Shown here piece by piece: positions 60,270-64,000 of a stretch of 64,000 bases of DNA. This DNA is from Octopus vulgaris (Eukaryota). The stretch lies in NCBI GenBank assembly GCA_951406725.2, contig OX597837.1:15376001-15440000 (forward strand), read 5' to 3'. The notes beneath the pieces were generated by a model. It was not told where the DNA came from, did no database searches, and was given only the letters and a program-made list of their open reading frames with translations. Numbering within the stretch: position 1 is the stretch's first letter; each line of letters opens with the position of its first letter. Made by a program: the position numbers and the translations under genes.

Positions 60270-61925
60270 AATGGAACCATTCTTCTTGCAATGTTTGTCA
60301 CTGGAAACAACCATGGCCACCACGGTGTAAGACAGAAGCCGGAACCACGTGGTTGCAAACTGAACTTCTTAAAAAACATAAACAACATATTCTCTTGCAG
60401 TCGTCTGTCACATTATTTTATCAATAATGAACTTTTGTCCGACGCACGGACGTTATCGATATCTGTCCAGCATTCGACATTCATTCACGAACGGTAGATC
60501 AAGTCTGGAGATAAACTAATTACCTGGCAATACCAGTTCGATATTAGTTATATAGGGAGAAGATCATTTGATTGGTCAGGATATTCGTTAGTTTATCATC
60601 AAGATTGATCACCTTTACATCTTACGCTTTCCTCAGTTTGACATTTCTCATTCCAGATAATCACACGACTCTGCACGAAGATTGAAATACATTTCGGTTG
60701 TCGTAGACGTAATCAAATTATAGACGTTTCAGCCGGATCGATGAGGTTTCGCATTTTACTCACTCGTTTATTTATTTAACTATTTGGATGCAGAGATGGG
60801 TTACACACTAAGAAAGTAGACTGTACCTTAACCTTCAGTGGAAATTTACCATTGACAATGGCGTTGGTATGCGAATTTGGACTTACAAGAGATTATAAAA
60901 ACCCCGAGCCATCGCATAAGTTGACATCAATGCAGAAGCTGCACTGGAGGCAAAATACCGTATTTGCCGGAGTATTCGATGCACTCACGCATACGACGCA
61001 TTCCTAATCTACAATTATATTTTATGGAAGAAAGGAATGTGGTATGCTTTATAATAATCAGATTGAAAGAGATTTAAAGCAGCTTTGTAAGGGGCGGGGG
61101 ATGGCATGACTCTGTGCATGTAAATATAATATTGGGACACAAAACAAGCTTAAGTATGAAACCATAAAGTTATCGTAAATAAACTGGATTATGGGATATG
61201 CCGGATTTCCAATTTATCTCCTTTCAGATCAGCTGTTTAGTTGACTGAGAGAGAATTAACGAGATGCAAAATTCGTATTTTTGTTTATAAAGTTTTATGT
61301 AACTGGGTTCGGCTGTCAGGGTAGCTCACCACCGCTATGGTTTTGTTGTCATCTACTCATGGCAAATAACCGACGACTGGCAGATGAAAACTTAACATCT
61401 TTCCTCTTTTTCTAGTAGAAATTTTTTTTTTGCATTTAGATAATTAAAAGAAAAGGTTTCCATAATGTAACACAGTCATTAAATAATGCAAGACGTTTCG
61501 TCAGGTTTGCCTTCTGCATTCTGAGGAAGGAAATATAATGAGATGCTGGGACATAACTTGGCAGAGGGAATTTCCGTCTTACAAGAACATTAGTATCAGT
61601 CCTGGTATCAAACAGCGTATTTGACTTGAATCTATTGGGGAAATCCACTTCATATATGTTAAAACCCGAAAGATTCTGACATCAACAGAATCTGTCACAG
61701 AAACAGTGATGCTGGCAGGTTCCACATCAAAAGATGCGGCAGAGAAAGAGGCTCGAAACCAGCCCAGATGCTCGTTTAATGTCGTATGGTGTTACTCAGG
61801 CGGTTAATACTAAACAACAGCAAAAAATAAACACAAGGCGGTGCCCCAGCAAATGGCGGTGCCCCAGCAAATGGCGGTGCCCCAGCATGACCACTGCTTG
61901 TGAGCTGAAACTAAAAAAATAATAA
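60270..61925 (+). mobile_element. Old degenerate relative of the CR1/L2-group LINE (3' end clear, 5' extent uncertain)
   Basis: Ends with GGCGGTGCCCCAGC x3 and GAGCTGAAACTA like the 53450-53492 tail; HHGVRQ resembles QHGFR. Confidence 0.4.
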
Positions 61926-63788
61926 AAAATACATCAACCAATTGCTTAAAAATGAATAAACATTACATGAGTCTGAAATGAGTTTCTCAAAGAAGTACGG
62001 CTTTTGATGATGTTCCTGGTGGCCCCAAGAACTTAGACTAATGACACAGGGTCAGTTTGACCGAATTTTAGATTCTTGGGAAAAGTAACGCATAGAGGCC
62101 CACTACATATCAAAAACAACAACATAAACTGATTAGCATTGACTCTCTAGACCCACGGGGGCCTCCGGGCAGTGGACTCGTGCCTTCAAAGGGTGTTGAG
62201 TATTCCTCAGCAAAGATTTGGAGGAGAAAAAGTTTGCACAAAGCAAAAGAGTCTTAAACGTGTTTATGTTTCTTGTAAACTTGAGGATGACGTCAGAATC
62301 GGTTTCAAATTTTGACACAAGGCTAGCAATTAAGGGGGAGGGTAGGGGTCAGACTGGTACTTATTTAATGGACCCCAAAATGATGAATGGCAAGGTTGTC
62401 ATCGGTGGAATTTGAACTCACAATGTAAAATCGAACAAAATGCCGCTAAGCATTTTACCAGGAGTGTTAATGTTTCTGCCAGCTCGCCGTCTTCAGGATG
62501 GCGTTAATATCCTTTCTACTCTAGGTATAAAGTATGAACTTTGGGGGGAGGAGGTAAGTTGATTACACGAACTCTGGTGATCGTCTGGTACTTATTTTAT
62601 CGACCCCGAAAGAATGAAAGGCAAAGTCGACCTCGACAGAATTTGAACTCAGAACGCAAAGGCAAACGAAATTTTGAGCAGCATGCTAAAGATTCTTCCA
62701 GCTGACCGCCTTGCGGATGGCGTTAATGTCGACAGGAAGTGAGGCCTCTTCTGGACTCGTGGCCGCTTCAACACGGAACATTTTAACATTTTGTTGGTTA
62801 AAATTTTGCAGTCTAAGTGCAGCAAATAGCTACAAAAAATATTTATCGAAAAAAACAGAGACTATAGCGTTCAAACTCCCACGGAAATGCGACCAAAAAA
62901 TGTGTCACATTTCCGTGGGAGATGCTAACTAACTAATGTTATCTACAGTTACCGAAACTCTCGTAATATTTAGGAACGACTTCCAAAGTGACATTTTGAT
63001 TTTGCTAATATACGATGCCTTCCGAAGGAAAGATTGCCATTGGATAAAGATGGAAAATATTTCTAACCATCTTTTATCTTCTACCTATTTCTTTACTACC
63101 CACAAGGGGCTAAATACGGTTACGCATTTCGCCCGGCGTGCTAACCACTCTGCCAGCTCGCCGCCTTAATCATCTTTTATCTTCTACCCGTTTCAGCCAT
63201 TGGATTGACTGCGGCCATGCCGGAGCACCGCCTTGAAGGGTTTAGTGGAATAAATCGACTCCAGTACTTATTCCATCAGTCTCTTTTGCCGAATCGCTAC
63301 GTTACGAGGACATTAACGAAAACCAACCCTGGTTGTGAAGCGGTAGGGGGAGGGACGAACACAGGCGCGCACGTGTGTGTATTTACGTATGTTTACGAGT
63401 GAGAGGACAAAGGAAAGAAAGTGGCATTCAGCACGTTTAGCTGGAATTACAAGTATTATTCATTAACAGTTTGATTGGGCTTCATGTAGCTTAAAACGAA
63501 TCTCACTGTGTGTGCAATATATAGTATTTCAAAGTCTTTTCAGTCACTGATGTTGCAAATAGCCAGGAGGCTTACTAAAAAATTAATTAATAAGGACAGA
63601 ATTAGTATTAATGCCAAAAAGCAAACTTTATATCCAACTCAACGTGGCTGTTGTGTTAGGACACCGAATATTGCGTTAATTAGCTTCAGAGGACCTCTCA
63701 CATGAACAGGCCGTGCATAAAAGCACTCATATCAATATCGTTGGCAGACGACAATCATCTGCTACGGGCACCGGAACGGCCAAATCAC

Positions 63789-63832
63789 GAGGTTTCGCCC
63801 CACTTGGGCTCATCAGCGGCAGAGGTCCGGAA
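63789..63832 (-). ncRNA. Hammerhead catalytic half (stem III / cleavage strand displaced)
   Basis: TGCCG-CTGATGA-GCCC(AAGTG)GGGC-GAAA-CCTC on minus; matching GAGGT-C-CGG directly adjacent on plus. Confidence 0.55.
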
Positions 63833-64000
63833 GCGACATAACAGCCGAATCATACATCCATCCATCCATCCATCCATCAATCCATCCATCCATCCATCCA
63901 TACGTACATACATGCATGCATGTATGCATACATACATAATTCTTTCACTCTCTTTCTCTCTCTCTCTCTCTAACCTAGACACACTCTTACACTCACACAC

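Overview
AT-rich, microsatellite-dense animal genomic DNA. The SINE/LINE repertoire and repeat style suggest an octopus (inference). Bases 1-27.5 kb hold a spliced MORC3/4-like gene on the minus strand (GHKL ATPase, S5 domain, CW zinc finger, coiled coils). Sixteen coding exons join in frame; the first exon was not located and the last runs off the window. Two of its introns carry U12 (minor spliceosome) signatures. The rest is transposon-derived: a CR1/L2-group LINE with an intact 1034-aa APE+RT ORF2 and a CCCH-finger ORF1 remnant, Gypsy, mariner, Tc1, Tigger and R4/Dong-like remnants, non-autonomous Helitrons (one head-to-tail pair), hAT and piggyBac-like MITEs, and several SINE families. 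The most striking unannotated signal is a set of minimal type-I hammerhead-ribozyme motifs from several unrelated sequence families. Several lie in the arms of short, divergent fold-back elements next to (TA)n tracts, consistent with non-autonomous Penelope-like or retrozyme-like elements. All calls were made by eye without database searches or folding software.
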